Shown in pieces: positions 18,860 to 28,144 of a stretch of 64,000 nucleotides of DNA. Position 1 is the first letter of the stretch, and every line of letters begins with the position of its first letter. Made by a program: the position numbers and the translations under genes. This DNA comes from Patescibacteria group bacterium (GTDB lineage Bacteria > Patescibacteriota > CPR2 > UBA1875): positions 1-64,000 of the forward strand of contig JBGSRK010000010.1 of assembly GCA_041737595.1 (NCBI GenBank), read 5' to 3'. The notes under the pieces were generated by a model, which saw only the letters and a program-made list of their open reading frames with translations, was not told the origin of the DNA and searched no databases.

Positions 18860-19816
18860 TTAATCCGTAAATTCCTGAGAAAACATTTTGCCATATGGAC
18901 CACCATCAATTACCCCAATTCCTATTTTCCCAAATTCTGCAGTTAAAATATTTGCCCTATGCCCCGGGGAATTCATTAAACCCTCATGTGCTAAATCAAC
19001 ATTTGGAGCAAGTGCCAGGTTTTCTCCAGCCGCCATATATTTTATGCCAAAATCATCCATTCTATCAAATGGATCTTTACCATCAGGATTATTATGAGCA
19101 AAATAACCACGAGCAAACATATCACGCGAATGAACTCTTGCAAGATCTCTTAATTTTTCATCCATAACAAGTGGATCAAGCCCACGAGAAGTTCTTTCTT
19201 TATTTAACTTTATGAGCATTTCATTTTCTGAATCTTCATCTATGGTTACTTTATCTGTCTTAAAGCCAAGATCAACAGACTCTCCGGAATTTGGTTTTAC
19301 AGTTAAAAAAGTTAAAGTATCATTTATTGCCCCTCCAAAAACATTCGAGGCATAATTTTCAAGAAGTTGAGATTTAGAGAGTAGAAAACCACCTGTTTTT
19401 GAATTAACTATATCTTCTTTATATTTATTTTGTATAGGGAATACTGCAACCAATGTAAGAAATATAGCAACAAAAATTAATCCCCATAATACTCCTGGGA
19501 TAGCTCCAGCCCCTTTATTAAATATAGATTTTCTAATCTTTTCAGGAATTAGAGGATAAATAAAGTGAAACGCAATATTAAGAATAAATTGAATAATAAT
19601 CCAAATAATAAAAAATGAAAGCACTTTCCCAAAATTAGGAGAAAGAGAAAATTTACCCGCAAGATAAACAGAAAAAGATACATAAAATTTTACTGAAACC
19701 AAAAATGCTAAAATTAATGTTCCTAAATCATATAATTGTTTAATAAAACCTTTAAAATAACCAGAAATACCAAAAAGAGCTATTATTCCAATTATTGCTA
19801 AATCTGCCCAGTTCAT
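18860..19816 (-). CDS. CvpA-family membrane domain fused to CAP/SCP domain
   Basis: MNWADL...GYFKGFI (CvpA) followed by HSRDM..RGYFAH, GENLA, LMNSPGHRANIL (CAP). Confidence 0.88.
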   Translation of the reverse strand: MNWADLAIIGIIALFGISGYFKGFIKQLYDLGTLILAFLVSVKFYVSFSVYLAGKFSLSPNFGKVLSFFIIWIIIQFILNIAFHFIYPLIPEKIRKSIFNKGAGAIPGVLWGLIFVAIFLTLVAVFPIQNKYKEDIVNSKTGGFLLSKSQLLENYASNVFGGAINDTLTFLTVKPNSGESVDLGFKTDKVTIDEDSENEMLIKLNKERTSRGLDPLVMDEKLRDLARVHSRDMFARGYFAHNNPDGKDPFDRMDDFGIKYMAAGENLALAPNVDLAHEGLMNSPGHRANILTAEFGKIGIGVIDGGPYGKMFSQEFTD

Positions 19817-19858
19817 ATTTATATTTTAATTTATTTTAGTGGACTTTAAAAGGACAAG

Positions 19859-20113
19859 CTATTTTAGGCGACCCACCATGCATGAAGCATATGACTTTGC
19901 TTTTTTAAATAAACTTACAGCCTCTGAACTTCCAGCTTTTGGATAACCCATTTTTGATAAAGTTTTTTCAGCTACATCTATATCTCCATCAAATTCAACA
20001 GTTTGTGAATTTGGATCAACTTTAATATTCTTTAGCCCTTTTTTAATTAAAGAATCTTCAATGCTTTTTGCACAACCATGACATTTTATGTTAACAACTT
20101 CTATTTTTGACAT
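19859..20113 (-). CDS. heavy-metal-associated (HMA/CopZ-like) protein
   Basis: NIKCHGC motif, GYP, and a KAKSYASC..GR tail. Confidence 0.85.
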   Translation of the reverse strand: MSKIEVVNIKCHGCAKSIEDSLIKKGLKNIKVDPNSQTVEFDGDIDVAEKTLSKMGYPKAGSSEAVSLFKKAKSYASCMVGRLK

Positions 20114-20496
20114 TATTTCTCCTTATTTTTAGATTTATAATCTTTTATTGCTTCTCCTAATGCGCTAGCGGCTAAATTTGAACAATGCATCTTTATTGGT
20201 GGCAGACCACCAAGCTCTTTTGCCACTTGTTCATTCGTCAGTTTTTCTGCTTCTTTAATAGTTTTCCCAATCATCATTTCAGTTACAATTGAGGAAGTTG
20301 CAACAGCAGCACCACAACCAAAAGTTTGAAATTTAATATCAGTAATGATATCTTTTTCAACTTTTATGAACATTTTCATAATATCACCACAGGTTGGATT
20401 CCCAACTTGCCCAACTCCATCTGGATTTTCAATCGTCCCAACATTACGTGGATTTGAAAAATGATCCATTACTTTTTCATTATATAAATCAGCCAT
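20113..20496 (-). CDS. iscU: Fe-S scaffold IscU/NifU
   Basis: DHFSNPRNVG, NPTCGD, FGCG and LPPIKMHC motifs. Confidence 0.96.
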   Translation of the reverse strand: MADLYNEKVMDHFSNPRNVGTIENPDGVGQVGNPTCGDIMKMFIKVEKDIITDIKFQTFGCGAAVATSSIVTEMMIGKTIKEAEKLTNEQVAKELGGLPPIKMHCSNLAASALGEAIKDYKSKNKEK

Positions 20497-20849
20497 TAAC
20501 CTACCTCCTTTATTGTGTTTACCTTAACTAAAATTGCACCTTTAGCAAGAAATTCTTTATTCTCAGGCATTTTTTTAACAAAATCAACCCAATCCCCTTC
20601 AGTAAAATATTCTGCTTCTCCGATTATTTTATACCCGACAAAATCTTCATCCCAAACGATAATAGATACTTTTTTATTTTTTATGATGTTTTTAATCGTT
20701 TTCTCCATAAAATTATCAGTTATTAATAATTTATCATCATCAATAACCTTAACAAAAGCTGCAGTTGAAATATTTGGCTCATTATTTAAACAAGTTGAAA
20801 TTGCAATTGGGTTATTTTCTATTAGATTTTTTGCTTCTTTAGATATCAT
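20496..20849 (-). CDS. pyridoxamine 5'-phosphate oxidase-like FMN-binding protein
   Basis: ISTC..EPN, DNFMEKTIKNI, and GYKIIGEAEY motifs. Confidence 0.85.
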   Translation of the reverse strand: MISKEAKNLIENNPIAISTCLNNEPNISTAAFVKVIDDDKLLITDNFMEKTIKNIIKNKKVSIIVWDEDFVGYKIIGEAEYFTEGDWVDFVKKMPENKEFLAKGAILVKVNTIKEVG

Positions 20850-20874
20850 TTTTGATCTTCTCTATTATCTAGAA

Positions 20875-22077
20875 TTATTCTATTGGGCTCATTGCTCGGA
20901 GTTTTTCAACAATGCCGGGCAATATTTCCATTAGTTTATCTATATCTTCTTTTTTATTTAATTTTCCTAAACTAAATCTAATTGCGCCGTGTGCTTCCAT
21001 ATCACCATAGCCCATTGCTTTTGTAACATGAGATGGCTCTAGACTACCAGAAGTACAGGCGGAGCCACTTGAGGCAGCAATATCTTTCATATCAAGATTA
21101 ATAAGAATAGATTCTCCTTCAATTCGATGAAATATAAAAGTTGCAATATGGGGCAATCGATCCTTAGATTTCTTTGGACCAATAAGTTCTGTTTCTGGGA
21201 TTTCTTTTATAACCCGTTTAATTAAATAATCAGTCAAACTTGAAGTTTTTTTATAATAAGATTCACGGTTGTGGTTAGCATTTCCCATAGCTTTTGCCAA
21301 ACCAACAATATATGGGGTGTTTTCAGTCCCTGCTCTTTTACCCTGTTCTTGAGCCCCACCTTGTTGCTGAACTAGATATTTTGTACCTCTACGAATATAT
21401 AAAAGTCCAACACCTTTTGGCCCATAAAATTTATGTGCAGTAAGTGAAAGCATATCTACACCTAAATCATCTACTTTTACCGGCACAAAGGCAAAAGATT
21501 GAACTGCATCAGTATGAAATACTATTGGATTATTATTATTTATATTTTTTCTTTTAGTTTTTTCTTCATTTATTATTTTCCCAATACTTTTAATTGGTTC
21601 TAGGGCCCCCATTTCGTTATTACCCATGATTATAGAAACAATCACTGTATTTTCTCGAATAGCATCTCTAACATCTTCTGGGTTAATAAGTCCTTCTTTA
21701 TTAACTTTCAGATATGTGACCTCAAATCCAAAATATTTTTCTAAATATTTAGCAGTATCTAGAACACAATGATGTTCGATAGAAGAAATAATTATATGAG
21801 GTTTAATATTTAAAACTCTAGAGGCGTAAAAAGAAACTCCTTTGATTGCAAAATTATTGGATTCAGTTGCTCCACTTGTAAAAATTATCTCACCAGGTTT
21901 TTCGGCTCCAATAATTTCTGAAATTTTATGTCTAGAATCACATATGGCTTCTTTTGCTTCACGACCTATTTTATAAATACTAGAAGGATTCCCCCATTTT
22001 TCAGCAAAAAATGGAGACATTGATTTTAGGACTTCCTCACCCACTGGAGTAGTCGCTGCGTGATCAAAATATATCAT
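20875..22077 (-). CDS. iscS: cysteine desulfurase IscS/NifS
   Basis: YFDHAATT, HTDAVQ, AHKFYGPKG and SSGSAC motifs. Confidence 0.97.
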   Translation of the reverse strand: MIYFDHAATTPVGEEVLKSMSPFFAEKWGNPSSIYKIGREAKEAICDSRHKISEIIGAEKPGEIIFTSGATESNNFAIKGVSFYASRVLNIKPHIIISSIEHHCVLDTAKYLEKYFGFEVTYLKVNKEGLINPEDVRDAIRENTVIVSIIMGNNEMGALEPIKSIGKIINEEKTKRKNINNNNPIVFHTDAVQSFAFVPVKVDDLGVDMLSLTAHKFYGPKGVGLLYIRRGTKYLVQQQGGAQEQGKRAGTENTPYIVGLAKAMGNANHNRESYYKKTSSLTDYLIKRVIKEIPETELIGPKKSKDRLPHIATFIFHRIEGESILINLDMKDIAASSGSACTSGSLEPSHVTKAMGYGDMEAHGAIRFSLGKLNKKEDIDKLMEILPGIVEKLRAMSPIE

Positions 22078-22481
22078 TCTTTTATCTCTCTTTTTGTTGC
22101 TCTTTTAAGAAATATCCCCTTATCATATCCTCCTCTTTTTTTGAGTTTATCCTGCCTTATATCTTCAACCAAAGACATATCAATACTTTCTCTTTTTGCT
22201 ATAGCATAAATAATCTCTAACAAGTCTGCTAATTCGCCAGGTTTTTTTTCGGGTGAAGCATCTAGATATTCGTCTGATTCTTCATGAATTTTAGCTATAA
22301 GTGCCTTTACTATTTTTTCATTATCTTCTGACTTTTCAGATACTGAATCAACACCAATACTATCAAGGTATTCAACTATCCCGTCTCTGACTATTTTGTC
22401 ATAAAATACGTCATCACCATATTCTGAACTATCTGCTGGTATATATGATCCTTCTGAACTTTGTTTTAAAATTTCATTCAT
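22074..22481 (-). CDS. MazG-like NTP pyrophosphohydrolase
   Basis: YDKIVRD, EESDEY, ELADLLE and KRGGY motifs. ATG 22481 follows AAGGAG and overlaps the upstream stop. Confidence 0.8.
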   Translation of the reverse strand: MNEILKQSSEGSYIPADSSEYGDDVFYDKIVRDGIVEYLDSIGVDSVSEKSEDNEKIVKALIAKIHEESDEYLDASPEKKPGELADLLEIIYAIAKRESIDMSLVEDIRQDKLKKRGGYDKGIFLKRATKREIKE

Positions 22482-22696
22482 TATTTTCTCCTTTTTAAAG
22501 TACTTAAACAGGCTTTGCATTCACTAACTTGTTCTATTTTCATATTTTCAATTTTTTTATAGTCTTCCCATGTCAAAAGTACTCCAACTGGATCAGAATA
22601 TCTAAGAACAACAACACCTTCACCATTTTTAAGATTTTTTAAAATCTTTGAGGCATCGTTTGCAAGTTCATTTGTAGTTATAAATTTTTCTTTCAT
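22481..22696 (-). CDS. Phd/YefM antitoxin-fold protein with C-terminal CxxC
   Basis: ITTNEL...KIL...GEGVVVLRYSDPVGVL...EDY matches the Phd/YefM N-terminal pattern; tail ECKAC. Confidence 0.75.
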   Translation of the reverse strand: MKEKFITTNELANDASKILKNLKNGEGVVVLRYSDPVGVLLTWEDYKKIENMKIEQVSECKACLSTLKRRK

Positions 22697-22746
22697 AAAA
22701 ATGTTACCGTACATCTACGGTAACATTTTTAAGATCTGATTGTCAA
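22696..22746 (-). promoter_or_regulatory. promoter with perfect palindromic operator
   Basis: TAAAAATGTTACCGTA-catc-TACGGTAACATTTTTA (16-bp arms, 22696-22731); TTGACA at 22741-22746 and a TG-n-TACCGT -10-like box inside one arm. Confidence 0.75.
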
Positions 22747-22749
22747 CAA

Positions 22750-23775
22750 TTAACTAAGTTTAAAAGTGGCTATAATTGTTTTTGCGTCTGCAAACCTTTC
22801 TGTAAGGTCGGTTGGAGCGGCTTGTCCAGAAGACCATGCGAAAATATAATCCCCTTTTTCTGAAATATAGCCTGGTTTAGGCCCCTCTGCTGTTTTAAGT
22901 TCTTCCCATTTAGCTTTTGTATAAACAGATACTGCAAATAGACTCGCATAACCATCTTCTACTGGATCAGTTTCTGTCCAATTTTTATCAGTTGTAGGGA
23001 TTGCTACATAAAGTGCAACCGAATCTCCAAAATCTTTTTTAAATAATTTGTAGCCAGCCCAGGTTTCAGGGAAAGTTAATTGAAAACCATATTCTGTGTT
23101 TTCATAAACTAGTGGGCTTTTAGTTGTTGTAAAATCCTTTGATATCCAACCAGTTTTACTACTGTATTCAACTTTATACCAACCATCTTTTTCTTCCAAA
23201 ATAGTTAACTTTGTTCCAAAGGGGATTGTAGCAAGAATTTTTGCAGTAAGCGAAGGTTCTTCACGAAGATTTAAACCCACTTCAGAATTAATATAAATTA
23301 TATTTTTATCTGTTACTTCTAATTCCTCAGTTTTTTCTGGTTCTTCTTTTTTTACTTCTTCTTGAGTGTTATTAGTATCTTCGGTTTTATTTTTTTGATC
23401 AAAATAATAAACAGCTCCCAAGACAGCTGCTGCGGTAAATAAAATTGTTACAGCAATAATCATTAACATCTTCCAATTAATTTTCTTTTTGGTTTTTTTA
23501 GGCTTGCCTTTTACTTCTTCAAAAACTTCTTCATCTTTTGTTTCTGCTACTGCCTTTTCTAAAACATCTTCCTTTGTTTCTTCTAATATTTGTTCTTTAG
23601 GCTCTTCTTTTTCATCTTTCTTAATAGATTCCTCTTTCTTATCAGTAGCTTCGTCTACATCATCAATAGAAGGATTTTCTTCTTCGTGTTTTTCTTCTTC
23701 AACTGCTTCCTCTAGATCTAAATCTTCCTTTGGATCTTTAATGTCTTCAATTTCAAATTTTTCTTCTTTAGTCAT
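22750..23775 (-). CDS. membrane-anchored SH3b domain protein
   Basis: Acidic N-terminus, one TM, GLNLREEPS...GWYKV...GWIS (SH3b), then a YENTEYGFQLTFPETW domain. Confidence 0.85.
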   Translation of the reverse strand: MTKEEKFEIEDIKDPKEDLDLEEAVEEEKHEEENPSIDDVDEATDKKEESIKKDEKEEPKEQILEETKEDVLEKAVAETKDEEVFEEVKGKPKKTKKKINWKMLMIIAVTILFTAAAVLGAVYYFDQKNKTEDTNNTQEEVKKEEPEKTEELEVTDKNIIYINSEVGLNLREEPSLTAKILATIPFGTKLTILEEKDGWYKVEYSSKTGWISKDFTTTKSPLVYENTEYGFQLTFPETWAGYKLFKKDFGDSVALYVAIPTTDKNWTETDPVEDGYASLFAVSVYTKAKWEELKTAEGPKPGYISEKGDYIFAWSSGQAAPTDLTERFADAKTIIATFKLS

Positions 23776-23784
23776 AAAAACCTC

Positions 23785-24630
23785 CTACTTTATATTAAAC
23801 AACGTTTTTGTGTTTTTGTCAGTTACATTTGCTATTTCTTCAATTGAAACTTCTTTAATTTCTGCAATTTTTTTTGCCACTTCTACTACAAAGGCTGGTT
23901 CATTAGTTTTCCCTCTATATGGTTCGGGGGCTAAATATGGGGCATCTGTTTCTATTAATAATTTTCCGATTGGAACAATTTTTACAGATTCTCGAATATG
24001 ATTGAATTTTTCTTGTTCAAAGGTAACAAATCCTGTAAAGCCTAAATAAAAACCAAGATCCAAAAATTTTTGAGCAAATTCTTTTGAACCAGTATAACAA
24101 TGGATAACACCAACTTTAGTGGGTTTATATTTAATTACCCAATCTTTTAGAATTTTGAGTGTATCTTCTTCTGCTTTACGTGTATGAATAACAACCGGTA
24201 ATTTAAGTTCTCCCGCTAATTCTAATTGAGCTATAAAAAGATCCTTCTGCCTTGTTATTATGTCATTTTTGGAATCAACCCAGGAATCTAGATTCCCGCT
24301 TTCGCGGGAATGACTTTCGTCTAGATTAAAATAATCTAATCCTATTTCACCAATAGCAACAACTTTATCATTTAAAGAAAGTTCACGTAGCTTATTTATT
24401 GACTCTTCTATATTTAATAATTCTTCAGCATCATGAGGGTGAATCCCAACACTAGCCCAGATATTTGGATATAAATTTGCAATTTCTACAGATTTTTCAC
24501 TGTGTGACAGTGTTGCCCCAATATTTATCATGGATGACACATTTGCTTTATAAGCACGCTCTATGGCTCCCTCTGCATCATCACAAAGTGGTTCTAAATC
24601 AAGATGGCAATGTGAATCAAAAAATTTCAT
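23785..24630 (-). CDS. tatD: TatD family nuclease
   Basis: DSHCHL, GIHPH, AIGEIGLDY, IHTR, HCY and ETDAPYL motifs. Confidence 0.95.
   Translation of the reverse strand: MKFFDSHCHLDLEPLCDDAEGAIERAYKANVSSMINIGATLSHSEKSVEIANLYPNIWASVGIHPHDAEELLNIEESINKLRELSLNDKVVAIGEIGLDYFNLDESHSRESGNLDSWVDSKNDIITRQKDLFIAQLELAGELKLPVVIHTRKAEEDTLKILKDWVIKYKPTKVGVIHCYTGSKEFAQKFLDLGFYLGFTGFVTFEQEKFNHIRESVKIVPIGKLLIETDAPYLAPEPYRGKTNEPAFVVEVAKKIAEIKEVSIEEIANVTDKNTKTLFNIK
24285..24314 (-). repeat. miniature palindromic element inserted in-frame in tatD
   Basis: GTCATTCCCGCGAAAGCGGGAATCTAGATT, 29/30 identical to the copy at 51425-51454; encodes SHSRESGNLD. Confidence 0.85.
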
Positions 24631-25463
24631 GAGATTATTATGGCAGTTGCTATACAAATTAATATTACAATACTTGAAACTGCTTTTTTTATGGTTAATT
24701 TTTCTTTAAATATTAATTTTGAAGAAAAAAGAATTAAAACTGGAGCAAGTAACATTATAAGTGATGTTTCAACTACCCCTAATTTTTGTATTGCAAAATA
24801 ATAGGCCGGGTATTCTATCGCAACTGCGATTGCAATTAAAAAAGTTTGCCAAATAGATACCTTATTTGTTTTTCTTAAATCAGTTTTTGTAAAAATAAAA
24901 AATAAAATTGATAAAATACCTATTCTAATAGTATAAAGTGCCACAGGAGAAACTACTTCTAAAAGAGGCTTTACTAAATTTGATTCTATTGCCATAAGGA
25001 TTACAAACCCGAGCATAGCAGCTGTATATTTATGCATTTTAAGATGATGTTTTTGTACCCTTGTCACAATAAGTGTAGTCGCCGCAAAAAGAGCAGGTAT
25101 TAATATATAATAGTTTCTTTCATCTGGGAAAATAATAACAGCTAAAATCATAGTTAGTAATGGGTGAAACATTGCAAGTGGTTCAACATCACAAAGTGCG
25201 CCTCTTTTTAAAGAGTAATAGTAAAGATAATTATAGAAAAATCCAACTATTATAACTCCTAAAAACAAAATGTAATGTATACTTTTTATTTTTGAAAAAT
25301 CTAAACCACCCCAAAAAAAAGAAATAAATACCATTAAAATAAAAATTAGGGCACTACCAAGAGTTAAAAGTGTTTTTGATGGCATTTTATAAATCGATAA
25401 AACACGCTTTGACTGAATAACCTCAAAAGCATTACCAACCGCTGCTATAAATGCATTTATCAT
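24627..25463 (-). CDS. DMT/EamA family transporter
   Basis: About 10 TM helices in two repeats; IFKEKL motif. Confidence 0.8.
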   Translation of the reverse strand: MINAFIAAVGNAFEVIQSKRVLSIYKMPSKTLLTLGSALIFILMVFISFFWGGLDFSKIKSIHYILFLGVIIVGFFYNYLYYYSLKRGALCDVEPLAMFHPLLTMILAVIIFPDERNYYILIPALFAATTLIVTRVQKHHLKMHKYTAAMLGFVILMAIESNLVKPLLEVVSPVALYTIRIGILSILFFIFTKTDLRKTNKVSIWQTFLIAIAVAIEYPAYYFAIQKLGVVETSLIMLLAPVLILFSSKLIFKEKLTIKKAVSSIVILICIATAIIIS

Positions 25464-26698
25464 TTGCGTGCTCCGATTTTTTTAATTATTTTTATTTCTT
25501 TATTTTCTATTGGGCCACATATTTCACATTGGGCAGGTGGCATAAGTGGCATTAAAAGAGAACCTGCAGCCCCCATCAAAAGACCTATTATAAGTAATGT
25601 TTGAAGGGGTAAATAAAAACTTAATACATATAAGATTACATAAAAAATAAATCTTGAAAAATCAACTGTTGATTCCATTATATATATATATTCTGAACGT
25701 GACTCTTCATCTGCATGTAGATAATATTCTGAATCAAAGGGAGATTGACTAACTGATCGAGCAAAAGACCTTCCCATATTAACAGCAAAGGCCTGTGTTA
25801 TTGTTTCAACAAAAACTTGGAATATCCCAATTATAGCGCTCGCTATACTGCCTGTTTTAATATAATCAGTTCTTTTCCCTTTATCTGCTCTATGGCTGAC
25901 CCAATATGTTACAAAAACTGTAATGATAAGTGTTGCAGAAGTAATAATACCAATTTTAGAGTAACTGCTAATAATTAGAAATAAAAATAAAGGCCAAATT
26001 TGCATACCAGCAACTGTTTCCCACCCTAAACCACTATATGCTATTAGATGTTTTTTAATACTTTTTAAATTAACCTTAGAAAGAACTAGCTTCCCTTTTC
26101 TAAAATTTTTATCCTTTGTTTTCAATAATATTAAAGATGCAAAGAAAAGGAGAATAATAACAATCAAAAGTAAGCTATTAATACCAAAATATGAAGCCAG
26201 AAAACCCCCCACAAGTGGGGCTGTGGCCCCAATTATCGAAAGTGTTATAAATAATTTACCAATTTCCTTTGTTGCTTTTGCGGTATGTTTTGAACGTGAA
26301 AAGTCATAATGATATGCTTCCCAAAAAAATGCCAACGAGATACTCGCAGCAATTGCAAGCATCCATGGAGCCCAATGATATTTTTCAATTGAAAAAAGTT
26401 GCCATAAATGGAATATCATAAACGGTAGACTTAAAATCATAGAGTGTTTAGGACCATTATGTTTAATATATTTAGAAGAAAAGAATTCAAAGATAAATTC
26501 AAACATATATAAAAACAGATAGTAAAGAAAAATATTGGAAATTCCAAAATTTATTTTATATAGGTATATAGGGATAAATATAGTAATTAACGATAAAGCA
26601 AATGAACGAATTGCCATAAACCAATATATTTCGTTAAGTTCTGTGAACCTCATACGAAATAAATGATGTTTTATTGGATGTCCTAATTCTAAACTCAT
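25460..26698 (-). CDS. MFS transporter
   Basis: About 12 TM helices; APLVGGFLA and SHRADK motif A-like segment. Confidence 0.8.
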   Translation of the reverse strand: MSLELGHPIKHHLFRMRFTELNEIYWFMAIRSFALSLITIFIPIYLYKINFGISNIFLYYLFLYMFEFIFEFFSSKYIKHNGPKHSMILSLPFMIFHLWQLFSIEKYHWAPWMLAIAASISLAFFWEAYHYDFSRSKHTAKATKEIGKLFITLSIIGATAPLVGGFLASYFGINSLLLIVIILLFFASLILLKTKDKNFRKGKLVLSKVNLKSIKKHLIAYSGLGWETVAGMQIWPLFLFLIISSYSKIGIITSATLIITVFVTYWVSHRADKGKRTDYIKTGSIASAIIGIFQVFVETITQAFAVNMGRSFARSVSQSPFDSEYYLHADEESRSEYIYIMESTVDFSRFIFYVILYVLSFYLPLQTLLIIGLLMGAAGSLLMPLMPPAQCEICGPIENKEIKIIKKIGARK

Positions 26699-26713
26699 AA
26701 CCCCCCTTAAGTT

Positions 26714-28144
26714 TTATTCTTCAATTCTTGGAAATAATGGTTCCGGCTTTAATGATTTCAGTTGTTTTTTCATTTTATCTGAAGTATCTGGTAAAAATGG
26801 ATCAAGTTGATCAGCCACTGTAACCAACATATCATAAACTTCTTGAAGTACTTCTTTTAATTTATTTAAATCTGTTTTTGAGAGTTCCCAGGGTTTATTA
26901 TCTTCAATAAATCGATTGCCATCTCTTATTACAGACCAAATATTTTCTAATCTCTTTGAAAATTCAAAGCTTTCCATTAATTCTTTTTGACAATCACCTA
27001 TTGTTTTTGGCTTATTAACAGATATTTTTATATTATATTTATTAATCATAGAAATAGTTCTCTGGAGTAAATTACCAAGTTCATTCCCAAGTTCTGTTTC
27101 ATAAATCTGTTTTTGGAGTTCTTCGTCAAATGAGCCATCATGATCCATTGGAATACGAGTCAATAAATAATATCGAAATGGATCAGTCCCATATTTATTA
27201 ATTATTTCTATTGGTTCAACGACGTTTCCAATAGTTTTGCTCATTTTTAAACCACCTTTTGCAATAATGAAAGAGTGCACTATAACTATTTTCGGTAATT
27301 TAAGACCGGCAGATTTTAACATTGCAGGCCAAAGTAGAGTATGCCAACGATTGTTATCTTTCCCAACTATTTCAACATCGGCCGGCCAATATTTTTCAAA
27401 CTTTTCTTTATTTTTTGGAAAGCCAAGAGCAGTTAGGTAATTTGTAAGAGCATCAAACCACACATACATTACATGTTCCTCGTCTCCAGGGACTGGTACA
27501 CCCCATGGGAGCCTTGTTTTTGGGCGTGAAATAGAAACATCTGAAAGTCCAGTTTTTAACATCCCCATTGCTTCGTTATATGAATTTTTAGGATAAACAA
27601 AATCTAGATTTTTTTTAAAATGTTCTTTTAAAAAATTCTCATATTTTGATAATTTAAAAAAATAGTTTTCTTCCTCAATTTTTTCTGGTTCTTTTTGATG
27701 ATCAGGGCATTTGCCATCGACCAAATCTTCTTTAAGTTTGAATGATTCACATCCAACACAATAAAGCCCAGAATATTTCTTTTTATAAATGTCACCACTT
27801 TTGTTCGCTCTTTCCCACATTTCTTGGGCAGCCACATGATGAGTATCTTTTTCTGAAGTTTGAGTGAATTCATCATAAGAGATATTTAACTTTTCGAAAA
27901 AATCTTTAAAAACTGGTCTTAAATCTTTAATCCAATTTTCTGGGGTGGCTCCCATTTCTTTTGCTTTTTGATAAAGTTTTTGTCCATTTTCGTCAATTCC
28001 AGCTTGTAAAATAACATCATAACCAAGACTCCTATAATATCTAGCTAGAACATCTCCATATAAAACATCTAAAGTATGACCAAGATGTGGTTTTGCATTT
28101 GCGTAAGGGATTGAAGTAACAATATAAAATTTATTTTTATTCAA
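26714..28144 (-). CDS. metG: methionine--tRNA ligase (short form)
   Basis: PYANAKPHLGH, YCVGCE, YVWFDAL and KMSKT motifs. Confidence 0.97.
   Translation of the reverse strand: MNKNKFYIVTSIPYANAKPHLGHTLDVLYGDVLARYYRSLGYDVILQAGIDENGQKLYQKAKEMGATPENWIKDLRPVFKDFFEKLNISYDEFTQTSEKDTHHVAAQEMWERANKSGDIYKKKYSGLYCVGCESFKLKEDLVDGKCPDHQKEPEKIEEENYFFKLSKYENFLKEHFKKNLDFVYPKNSYNEAMGMLKTGLSDVSISRPKTRLPWGVPVPGDEEHVMYVWFDALTNYLTALGFPKNKEKFEKYWPADVEIVGKDNNRWHTLLWPAMLKSAGLKLPKIVIVHSFIIAKGGLKMSKTIGNVVEPIEIINKYGTDPFRYYLLTRIPMDHDGSFDEELQKQIYETELGNELGNLLQRTISMINKYNIKISVNKPKTIGDCQKELMESFEFSKRLENIWSVIRDGNRFIEDNKPWELSKTDLNKLKEVLQEVYDMLVTVADQLDPFLPDTSDKMKKQLKSLKPEPLFPRIEE

Noticed and set aside
22074-22696. Classical type II toxin-antitoxin pair
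   Set aside because: The downstream gene is MazG-like rather than Doc/RelE/YoeB/PIN. It is not excluded experimentally, but the motifs do not support it.
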